Shown: positions 20,696-28,899 of the stretch, piece after piece
Layout: each line of letters opens with the position of its first letter
Numbering within the stretch: the stretch's first letter is position 1
Source of the DNA: Thermodesulfobacteriota bacterium
GTDB taxonomy: Bacteria; Desulfobacterota; Desulfobulbia; Desulfobulbales; SURF-16
Assembly: GCA_040755455.1 (NCBI GenBank)
Contig: JBFMAY010000006.1
Location: 1 to 64,000, forward strand
Direction: 5' to 3'
Length of the DNA stretch: 64,000 nt
The notes under the pieces: generated by a model
What the model was told of the DNA's origin: nothing
What the model saw: the letters and a program-made list of their open reading frames with translations, nothing else
Database searches by the model: none
Translations under genes and position numbers: made by a program

Positions 20696-23600
20696 ATGAG
20701 TCAAACAGCCAAAAGCCTTTATGAGACGTCCAGCGCATTAAAGGCCAATCTTCTGGAAACAGCCGTCACCGATGTGGCCATCGATCCGTTCAAGCTGGCT
20801 CTTCTTGATCTTATCAAAGATTTCAAGGGGATACACAACAACCTCCATGAGCTGCTGTACGAGATTCATCATCCGTATCGCAACTGGAATCTCATTATTC
20901 CCAAACTGCGCACCTTTGTGCTGAAAAATGTGGCTCTTTTCTGCCGCACCAATAAGGGACCGGAGGCGTGCGATATTTTCTGCGGCTTTTTCCTGCAGGC
21001 CATCGATGAAACGAGGAAAAACAGAACCCTGCTCAATCTCTGCATGGAGTCCATGCTGGCTTATGTGGAGCGGCTGATCAGCTGCGCCAGGGCGGATCTG
21101 CAACAGTATGAGGATGTGTTGGCCCTGCTGTTTGACAAGCTTGGCAACCTGGACAATCAGGTCATCATGCTCATGGTTCAGGGCCATCATCCCATGAAAA
21201 AGATTGTCCTTTCCCTGGTGGATTTCCGGGAAAAGGAGGGGGTGGACTTTAATCTGCAGCCTGCGGCCCGCCTGATGAAAAAAGTTCTGCTGCTCAACTA
21301 CAACTACTGGCTTGAGGTTGAAGACCCCCTGCCATGGTTTCTGGCCCAGTGCAGTGACATGTGCAACAACTGGGATGCAGGCAAACTGTTCAACGCCATT
21401 TCCCATGATCAGATCAGGAAGCATCGAGAGCGGCTGGAGGAGATCGAGGTCAGCAATGAGCAGCACGATCTGCGGGCCATGCTGGAGTTGCCGTCCCATA
21501 TGGATCAGGTCCGGCTGTACCGGGAGATCCCGGAAAGGCTGGCTGCGCAGTATGAAAGCGGCGTCAGGGCCGAGGACGACCGATTTGCGGAAAACAGAAA
21601 ACTGATTTTTCTTTTCCGCATCATGCGGACCTCCGGGCTGTATCTCATCCATGAGGAGAGTCTGCGGGAGATCAACCGCAGCCTGATTGTGCTCATCCGC
21701 AAACAGACCTTCGAAGAGATTGAGTCTTTTCTGCTCACCACCCTGCAGCTGTTAAAGGAAAATGTCCGCCGCTACCCCCATACCGCCCTCCAGTGCATCC
21801 AGGTTCTCGGCACCGAGGTATTCAACCGGGAAAACAGCCGGCTGGTGGAGACGTTTCTGTGGGAGACGGTGCGCTTCGGTTTCCAGTATGCCAATGTCAC
21901 CGGGGTGGACCAGGATTGGCAGCCCATCACCAACCCGGCCCATCTGGCCAATATCCGGGTCTGGCTGAACCTGATCATGCAGGAGCCGAAGTGGTGTTCC
22001 ACCCTCTTTTCCGCCCTGATTATCAACCTCAAGCTCTCGGGCACCTGCGTCAAGGATACGGATCTTTTTCAGCGGGACATAAGCCGGCTGCTCAACCATC
22101 CCGTTGCCCCGGTTTACAACCTGGTCAAGCAGTTCACCAAGCTCATGCCTGTTTTTTTTAATGAGATCGGAGCGGAGGGCAACCTGCGTGATGTTTCCAC
22201 CGAGCTTGATGAAATACATAAACGCAAGGATGTGCTCATTCACTTTCTGCGCAAGCAGAGCCACGTGGAAAGCTCCAACCTCATTGTCGACTTTATCAAA
22301 ACCATTCTCCGCTTCTGGCTGACCAAAGACAAACTGGTGCTCAAGGATTTTCTGCCGGATGAGGTACTCAGTCAGGTTCAGACCAGCGGTCCCTTTGTCG
22401 ATGAACAGCATATCATCGCCAAACGCTTGAAGGCCGTGGACCAGTATGAAAAAGAAAGCGACCTGCTCAAATGGGAGGAGGGCAAGATCGCCGGCTTCCT
22501 GGCCGCCCAGCAGGATATCAGCGCCCATGAGGTGCGCCGCTTTGAACTGCTGGTGCAGATGTACAGGCTGCTTGATCTGAAGTATAATCTCGGCTTTCAG
22601 GAGTTGCGCCGGCAACTGGAACAGGCGGCCGGCGGCGGTTTTCCGGAAATGGAGCAACTGCTCGGCGACCTGGAGATCTGCGACACGGTGCAGTGCCTCA
22701 CCGCCCTGCTTGATCACCTGGAGCAGCTCAAAGAGATTATTTTGAGCAGTACAACGTTTGAGGCCAAGGAGGATATCTATTACAAACGCCATATTGCCGT
22801 TGATATTCCGTCCGTTTACGGCCGCTACAGCGAAAGGAAGTTTGATGCCCTGGGACTCACCTTCAGGCTGGAAAATCTGGCCAACATCTATCTCGAGCGT
22901 CTGCCGTCCTCCCTGAATCTGTCGTTTATCACCAGGGCCACCTTTATCCGCATTATCAAATACCTGCGGCTTTACCTCCGCGCCTTGAAAATTGACGGCA
23001 TCAGCAGCCGCCGCCTGGAAACCTATGTGGCCCTTCTTTCCAATTCGCTGGGCATCAAGCGTTTTTCCTATACCCAGTACATCGATATATTCCGCGGCCT
23101 GTCCGAAGGGGTAAAGGATGTTATTTACGCCTATTATACCAATATTCACCAGAATAACCTTTCCATCATCATTCCCCAGATCGGCGCGAGCAACCTGCTG
23201 GCCAAATACCGCAATCTGTGGGAAGAGGATGAAAATGATCCAAACGGCCAATGCCTGAAGGAGTCCATCCATCGTTTATCCGAGGCCTTCATGCGTGATC
23301 TCATTTCCGGCACCTTCGGCCTGCAGCATCTCGATAATTTCATCACCAGGATTTATCAGGTGCTGGAAAGGCAGCGCGAGCTGCTGGATGAAAAGCAGCT
23401 TGATCTGCTGATGACCTATAACCCCGAAAAGGCCATTCACCCATTCAACCGCAAAAGCGCCCACGCCAGAAATCTCATTCTGCTCGGCAATAAGGGATTT
23501 AATCTCAGCCTGCTGGCCTCGGATAACAAGCCTGTCCCGCCCGGGTTTATCATCACCACTGAGATCTTCCGCTGCTGGTCTGTTGTCAGCAGTTTTTACA

Positions 23601-24964
23601 TGGCCCGCAATGAATTCATGAAGCAGATACGCCAGGCCTTGAATCAAATAGAGGAAAAGACCGGCACCCGCTACGGGGACCCGGATAATCCCCTGCTGGT
23701 CTCCATCCGCAGCGGTGCCTCCATTTCCATGCCGGGCATGATGGCCACCATTCATAATGTAGGGTTGAACAATGAGATAGTCGAGACCGTTGCCAAAGTG
23801 CCGGGCAAGGAGTATCTGGCCTGGGACAATTTCCGCCGTTTTCTCCAGTCGTGGGGCATGACCATGGGGGTTGCCCGGGAGACCTTCCAGTCCCTGATGA
23901 ATGATGCCAAGGCCAAGCATGGCGTCAAGGTGAAAAGCCAGTTCAGCCCTGCGCAGATGAAGGAGCTGGCCTTGAACTATCAGAAGAAAATCAGAAACCT
24001 GGGGATCGGCATACCGGAGGATCCATGGCTGCAACTGACCGGGGCCATAGAAATGGTTCTTGCCTCTTGGGATGCGCCGAAAACAAAGGGTTACCGGAGC
24101 CTGATGGGCATTTCCCATGCATGGGGCACGGCTGTCATTGTGCAGACCATGGTTTTCGGCAATCTCGGACCGGAAAGCGGCAGCGGCGTTGTCTTTACCG
24201 CCCATCCCTACCGCAAGGTCCGGCGGGTGGCCCTCTGGGGTGATTATGCCCCCGGCGATCAGGGCGAGGATATTGTCAGCGGCCTGGTCACCACCTTTCC
24301 CATTTCCGTCGAGCAGGCGGAAATTGACGGCAGACCGGTGGATTTCACTCTGGAAAGGCGGTCGCCCGAGGTGTATCAGGAGCTGCTCTCCATTGCCCGC
24401 AATCTGGTTTATGAAAAGGAGTGGAACCCCCAGGAGATAGAATTTACCTTTGAGGGGCCGCGGGCCTCCGATCTCTACATTCTGCAGACGCGGGACATGA
24501 TCACCATCAAGAAGAAAGAGCGTTTTTACGTCTTTCGGAACGAGGAGCAGCTGGCGGATTATATTCTTGGCAAGGGGGTGGGGGTGAGCGGCAGCGCCCT
24601 TTCCGGTCTTGCTGTTTTTAATGAAAAAAATATCCGCGATTTGCGGGAGAAGAATCCCGATATACCCCTTATCCTCATCCGGCAGGATACCGTGCCGGAG
24701 GATGTCAAGGAAATCGCCATGGCGGATGGCCTGCTCACCGCCCGCGGCGGCCAGACCTCCCATGCCTCGGTGGTTGCCCTGCGGCTGGAAAAGACCTGTG
24801 TCGTCGGCTGCTACGCTTTGCAGGTCTATGAGGCTGAGGAGCGCTGCGTCATCGGCAGCAGAGTCATACGGCTGGGAGATCCGGTGGGTATTGACGGCAG
24901 AAAGGGTCTGTTGCTGCATGGCCTGCATGAGGTGAAGGAAGAGGTGCATATTCTGCCTATTTGA
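20696..24964 (+). CDS. PPDK-like protein: large N-terminal domain, ATP-grasp nucleotide-binding domain and phospho-His domain; no pyruvate-binding barrel
   Basis: LGNKGFNL, VPPGFIITT, PLLVSIRSGA.ISMPGMM, QTMVFGN, QGEDIVSG, GGQTSHA near the C-terminus. Confidence 0.82.
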   Translation: MSQTAKSLYETSSALKANLLETAVTDVAIDPFKLALLDLIKDFKGIHNNLHELLYEIHHPYRNWNLIIPKLRTFVLKNVALFCRTNKGPEACDIFCGFFLQAIDETRKNRTLLNLCMESMLAYVERLISCARADLQQYEDVLALLFDKLGNLDNQVIMLMVQGHHPMKKIVLSLVDFREKEGVDFNLQPAARLMKKVLLLNYNYWLEVEDPLPWFLAQCSDMCNNWDAGKLFNAISHDQIRKHRERLEEIEVSNEQHDLRAMLELPSHMDQVRLYREIPERLAAQYESGVRAEDDRFAENRKLIFLFRIMRTSGLYLIHEESLREINRSLIVLIRKQTFEEIESFLLTTLQLLKENVRRYPHTALQCIQVLGTEVFNRENSRLVETFLWETVRFGFQYANVTGVDQDWQPITNPAHLANIRVWLNLIMQEPKWCSTLFSALIINLKLSGTCVKDTDLFQRDISRLLNHPVAPVYNLVKQFTKLMPVFFNEIGAEGNLRDVSTELDEIHKRKDVLIHFLRKQSHVESSNLIVDFIKTILRFWLTKDKLVLKDFLPDEVLSQVQTSGPFVDEQHIIAKRLKAVDQYEKESDLLKWEEGKIAGFLAAQQDISAHEVRRFELLVQMYRLLDLKYNLGFQELRRQLEQAAGGGFPEMEQLLGDLEICDTVQCLTALLDHLEQLKEIILSSTTFEAKEDIYYKRHIAVDIPSVYGRYSERKFDALGLTFRLENLANIYLERLPSSLNLSFITRATFIRIIKYLRLYLRALKIDGISSRRLETYVALLSNSLGIKRFSYTQYIDIFRGLSEGVKDVIYAYYTNIHQNNLSIIIPQIGASNLLAKYRNLWEEDENDPNGQCLKESIHRLSEAFMRDLISGTFGLQHLDNFITRIYQVLERQRELLDEKQLDLLMTYNPEKAIHPFNRKSAHARNLILLGNKGFNLSLLASDNKPVPPGFIITTEIFRCWSVVSSFYMARNEFMKQIRQALNQIEEKTGTRYGDPDNPLLVSIRSGASISMPGMMATIHNVGLNNEIVETVAKVPGKEYLAWDNFRRFLQSWGMTMGVARETFQSLMNDAKAKHGVKVKSQFSPAQMKELALNYQKKIRNLGIGIPEDPWLQLTGAIEMVLASWDAPKTKGYRSLMGISHAWGTAVIVQTMVFGNLGPESGSGVVFTAHPYRKVRRVALWGDYAPGDQGEDIVSGLVTTFPISVEQAEIDGRPVDFTLERRSPEVYQELLSIARNLVYEKEWNPQEIEFTFEGPRASDLYILQTRDMITIKKKERFYVFRNEEQLADYILGKGVGVSGSALSGLAVFNEKNIRDLREKNPDIPLILIRQDTVPEDVKEIAMADGLLTARGGQTSHASVVALRLEKTCVVGCYALQVYEAEERCVIGSRVIRLGDPVGIDGRKGLLLHGLHEVKEEVHILPI

Positions 24965-24980
24965 TGAGTGAGTACAGGAG

Positions 24981-26924
24981 TTGGTCATGGCGAAGGTACG
25001 GGTCGAGTTGGAGAAAGAGCGGGTGGGCGCAGCAAGCCAGAAACAGCGGGCTCCATCGGAAAGAAGAAATGAGATTCCCAAGCTGCTGATCAGGGAGGGC
25101 CTGCTGACGGAAGAGCAGCTGCAATACGCGCAGCGGGTTCATGCCAAGCTGACCAGCCAGCGAAGCCTGCTCAGCATTCTGGAGGAATTGCAATATGTGA
25201 CCAAGGACCAGGTGCAGGAAGCCTTGCGGGCCGGGCCGGTCTCGGTTCCCCTCGGTTCATTGCTGGTTGAACTGGGGTATATCAGCGAAGCGGATCTTGC
25301 CATGGTGCTTGACAGCCAGCAGGAGCATCAAACCCTCAAGTTCGGCCAGGTCATTGTCGATCTCAATCTCATTGATGAAAATGATCTGCTGCGGGTTCTT
25401 TCCTATCAGCTCGGCTTTCCCTATATTGAGCCTGCCGTGGCGGAGGTTGATCCGAAGGTGATTGAGCGGGGCAAGGTGGAGGTTTATGCCGACAATAAAT
25501 TTCTGCCGCTGCATTATGAAAAAGACGGCATCCTGCTCGCCTTTGCCGATCCCCTGAACAATGACCATGTGCTGGCGGCAAAGAAAATTTTCGGCGATTC
25601 CATAGTCATCGGCATTGCCCGGGAAAGGGCGATCCTCGAGGCCTTGACCAGGTACGAGGCCAAGGGCCGCAAGGCGGACAAGGGAGCAAAGCGGGCCGAG
25701 GCAAGCGATAACGCCGTGGTCATGGCGGTCAACTCCATGCTGCTGGAGGCCCATAAGCAGAATGCCAGCGATATTCATATTGAACCGCTGCGCGATAAGC
25801 TGCAGATCCGTTTCCGCCGGGACGGGGTTCTGATCCCCTATAAGGACTACCCGCTGGATATGGCCCCCGGCATGTCCAGCCGCATTAAGATCATGGCAGG
25901 AGCGGATATCGCCGAACGCAGGCGGCATCAGGACGGGCGCATCTTTTTTGAAGAGGGGACGATTCAGATTGATCTGCGCGTCTCCGTCTATGTGACCATC
26001 CATGGCGAGAAGATCGTTCTGCGCCTGCTCGGCAGGCAGGGAGAGCTGCGGGCCATCGACGAGCTTGGCCTGGCGCCCCGTATTCTGCAACGCTTCGAGG
26101 AGGAGGCCCTGGAGGCCCCCAGCGGGGTCATCATTATTACCGGTCCCACCGGCTCCGGCAAGACGAGCACCCTGTACAGCGCGGTCAATCATCTCAACAG
26201 CCCGAACTGCAGCATCATCACCGCGGAGGATCCGGTGGAGTTTGTCCTGGACGGCATTGCCCAGTGTTCCATCAACCCAAAAATCAATGTCACCTTTGAG
26301 GAAACCCTTAAACATATGGTGCGTCAGGACCCGGATGTGATTGTCATCGGCGAGATGCGGGACCGGTTTTCCGCGGAAATGGCCATCGAGGCGGCCCTGA
26401 CCGGGCACAAGGTGCTGACGACCTTTCACACGGAAGACAGCACCGGCGCGTTGCTGCGGCTGCTCGACATGCAGATCGAGGCCTTTCTCATCGCCTCCAC
26501 CATTGCCGGCATCCTGGCCCAGCGGCTTGTGCGGCGGGTGTGCAGGGATTGCGCTGAAGATCATCCGTTGGCCCCTGATGAGCTCCGCCGGTTGGGATAT
26601 GGCCTGAAGGAGGGCGGCGGGCTGACCTTTACAAAAGGGCGCGGCTGCCGGAAATGCCGCTACTCCGGGTACAAGGGCAGACTGGCGGTCCATGAGCTGC
26701 TTATCCCCGGAGAAATGGTGAAGGATGCGGTGATTGCCCGCAAAACCTCCCATGAAATCAGAAAGATCAATACGCAGACCACCGGGCTGGTGACCCTGCT
26801 GGAAGACGGCATCTGCAAGGCAAGCCAGGGGCTGACCAGTTTTAACGAGGTCATTCGCCAGCTGCCCCGGCTGGACAGGCCGCGGCCTCTGGTTGAAGTC
26901 AAGCGCTTGCTGGGGGTGCAATGA
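24981..26924 (+). CDS. GspE/PilB-family ATPase with MshEN-like N-terminus
   Basis: ASDIHIEP, GPTGSGKT, EDPVE, RQDPD..GEMRD, TGH; CxxC..CxxC; start ATG 24987 possible. Confidence 0.9.
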   Translation: MVMAKVRVELEKERVGAASQKQRAPSERRNEIPKLLIREGLLTEEQLQYAQRVHAKLTSQRSLLSILEELQYVTKDQVQEALRAGPVSVPLGSLLVELGYISEADLAMVLDSQQEHQTLKFGQVIVDLNLIDENDLLRVLSYQLGFPYIEPAVAEVDPKVIERGKVEVYADNKFLPLHYEKDGILLAFADPLNNDHVLAAKKIFGDSIVIGIARERAILEALTRYEAKGRKADKGAKRAEASDNAVVMAVNSMLLEAHKQNASDIHIEPLRDKLQIRFRRDGVLIPYKDYPLDMAPGMSSRIKIMAGADIAERRRHQDGRIFFEEGTIQIDLRVSVYVTIHGEKIVLRLLGRQGELRAIDELGLAPRILQRFEEEALEAPSGVIIITGPTGSGKTSTLYSAVNHLNSPNCSIITAEDPVEFVLDGIAQCSINPKINVTFEETLKHMVRQDPDVIVIGEMRDRFSAEMAIEAALTGHKVLTTFHTEDSTGALLRLLDMQIEAFLIASTIAGILAQRLVRRVCRDCAEDHPLAPDELRRLGYGLKEGGGLTFTKGRGCRKCRYSGYKGRLAVHELLIPGEMVKDAVIARKTSHEIRKINTQTTGLVTLLEDGICKASQGLTSFNEVIRQLPRLDRPRPLVEVKRLLGVQ

Positions 26925-27769
26925 TGAATAAGACGTCGTCCCTTATTGAGCAGATTAACGAATTCGTCATGAAGGAAAATTTCCAGCTGCCGGTGTTCAA
27001 TGATGTGGCCATGCGCATTCTGAAGATGGCCCGGCATGAGGATTTTGACATCCGCGAGATGAGCCATTTGATCTATCAGGACCAGGTGCTGGTGGCGGAG
27101 GTCCTGAAAGCGGCCAATTCGCCGTTTTTCGGCGGGTTATCGGCCATAACCACGGTCAAGGACGCCATTGTCCGTCTCGGCGCCCGTCAGGTTTCCGAGC
27201 TGGTGCTCATCGCCGCGGAGCGTATCCATTACCGCGCCGCGGACAAAAAGCTCAACAAGCTGCTCAATAAGCTGTGGAAGCATTCGGTGGCCTGCGCCAT
27301 CGGCTCCCAGTGGCTGGCCAGAAGGCTCAGCTATCATGAAAAGGACAATGAGGCCTTTATCGGCGGCCTGCTGCATGATATCGGCAAACTGTTTCTGCTC
27401 AGGGTGATCGATACCATGCAGGAATCAAAGGAGCTGTCTTTCACCATTTCCTATGAGCTCAGCTATGAGCTGATCAATTCCTTTCATGCGGACCAGGGCT
27501 ACAAACTGCTCACCCAATGGAATCTGCCACGGATTTACTGTGAAATCGCCAGGGACCATCACAGCCTGGAATTTGCTCCGGAAAATATTCCCCTTCTCCT
27601 CGTCAGACTCACCAACCAGGCATGCGACAAACTCGGCCTCGGCATGAACCATGATCCCTCCATCGTGCTGGTCAGCGCCCCGGAGGCCACGACCCTGCGT
27701 ATCAAGGAAATCGTCCTGGCCGAGCTTGAGGTGATGCTTGAGGACACCATGCAGATCGCTGCCGGCTGA
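26921..27769 (+). CDS. HDOD domain protein
   Basis: LPVF, ANSPFF, AIVRLG, LWKHS, GLLHDIGK. Confidence 0.88.
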   Translation: MMNKTSSLIEQINEFVMKENFQLPVFNDVAMRILKMARHEDFDIREMSHLIYQDQVLVAEVLKAANSPFFGGLSAITTVKDAIVRLGARQVSELVLIAAERIHYRAADKKLNKLLNKLWKHSVACAIGSQWLARRLSYHEKDNEAFIGGLLHDIGKLFLLRVIDTMQESKELSFTISYELSYELINSFHADQGYKLLTQWNLPRIYCEIARDHHSLEFAPENIPLLLVRLTNQACDKLGLGMNHDPSIVLVSAPEATTLRIKEIVLAELEVMLEDTMQIAAG

Positions 27770-28085
27770 ATCGGCCGGCAGTGCATAATTTTGTTGTAAA
27801 ATTATTTGGTTATCCATGCCTGTTTACCGATAAGATCCTGTTTGCAATAGAACTCCGCTTTTGTTTGGTGTATTGTGCGGCTCACCTCAAAAGACTATTC
27901 AGGAAATAATCTTCAGTTCTGGTTAGTCTACCAGACATTAACCTTTCCAATTCGCATCTCAAGCCTACAGTCCGCAAATCCAAACTTGCACTCACGTCAT
28001 ATTTTTCTTGCACATTATTGGACCGAATAGAATAGTACCCATAATTTGGAAAGATATGAACTTTGATACCCGGGAGGAAATGGTC

Positions 28086-28154
28086 ATGGAAAGTCTGCAG
28101 ATGAGCAGGGTATGCACGCTGATAGAACCGGGGCCGGTTGTCTTGGTTACTACA
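28086..28154 (+). pseudogene. Truncated N-terminus of a flavin reductase family gene
   Basis: GGGAGG RBS then MESLQMSRVCTLIEPGPVVLVTT, resembling flavin-reductase-family N-termini; similarity ends abruptly. Confidence 0.45.
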
Positions 28155-28176
28155 AAGCGGATGAGGGAGGGAGAAG

Positions 28177-28830
28177 GTGATAGATATAATTTCAAAAAGA
28201 CCATCAACATTATTAAGCAAGCAAGGTATGACGCCCTACTGCTTTGAATATGGCGGCTATGAAATACTAGTTGAGCGAGACGTTTTTCCCCCTGATCTCA
28301 GCGCTTCTTCTCTACACCTCTTTGACATTTTAGGAAATTACAAAGCGGATTGTTCTTTGGATATGGGGTGTGGTACAGGAATTCTGGCAATGCAATTAAG
28401 TCGTAATTCAGTAATTACGATTGCGGCTGATAATCACATGGCTGCTATTAACAATACAAACAAAAATATTATTCTAAATAATATTAATAATATAAAAATA
28501 ATTCATAGTAATCTTTACCAGAAAATACAATCTAATTATATATTCGACCTTATAGTATTTAATCATCCATATTACCCATCTAAAAAAAATAAAAATTTTG
28601 GAATAGATTGCACGGGAGGTGCATGTTTAATAGAAAATTTTCTTCTTCAATCAAAAGAATACCTATCTAATAAGACAAGGATAATAATGCCTTATTCTGA
28701 TTTTGCTGGTCAAGAAAACAACCCAATTTTAATTGCTATAAAGTTAGGGTTCTCCTGTGTTGAAGTTTTTAAATTGAAGGATAAACTTGGGTGTCATTTT
28801 GTTTATGAACTTAAATACGTCGCATCATAA
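28177..28830 (+). CDS. Class I SAM-dependent methyltransferase (HemK/NPPY-like)
   Basis: VFPP, LDMGCGTG, FDLIVFNHPY; very AT-rich; alternative start ATG 28228. Confidence 0.82.
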   Translation: MIDIISKRPSTLLSKQGMTPYCFEYGGYEILVERDVFPPDLSASSLHLFDILGNYKADCSLDMGCGTGILAMQLSRNSVITIAADNHMAAINNTNKNIILNNINNIKIIHSNLYQKIQSNYIFDLIVFNHPYYPSKKNKNFGIDCTGGACLIENFLLQSKEYLSNKTRIIMPYSDFAGQENNPILIAIKLGFSCVEVFKLKDKLGCHFVYELKYVAS

Positions 28831-28899
28831 ATGCTATTTTGTCGTGTTGTTTGAATCAATATAATTGTTAACAGGAAATTTTAAATTACAGAAAAATAT

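Noticed and set aside
21752..26921. Long antisense ORFs (506, 601 and 554 aa) and similar ones opposite rnr, gap and the cytochromes
   Set aside because: Shadow ORFs of GC-rich coding strands with no recognisable motifs
27882..28220. 112-aa minus-strand ORF at the island edge
   Set aside because: No motif, and it overlaps the plus-strand remnant and methyltransferase start
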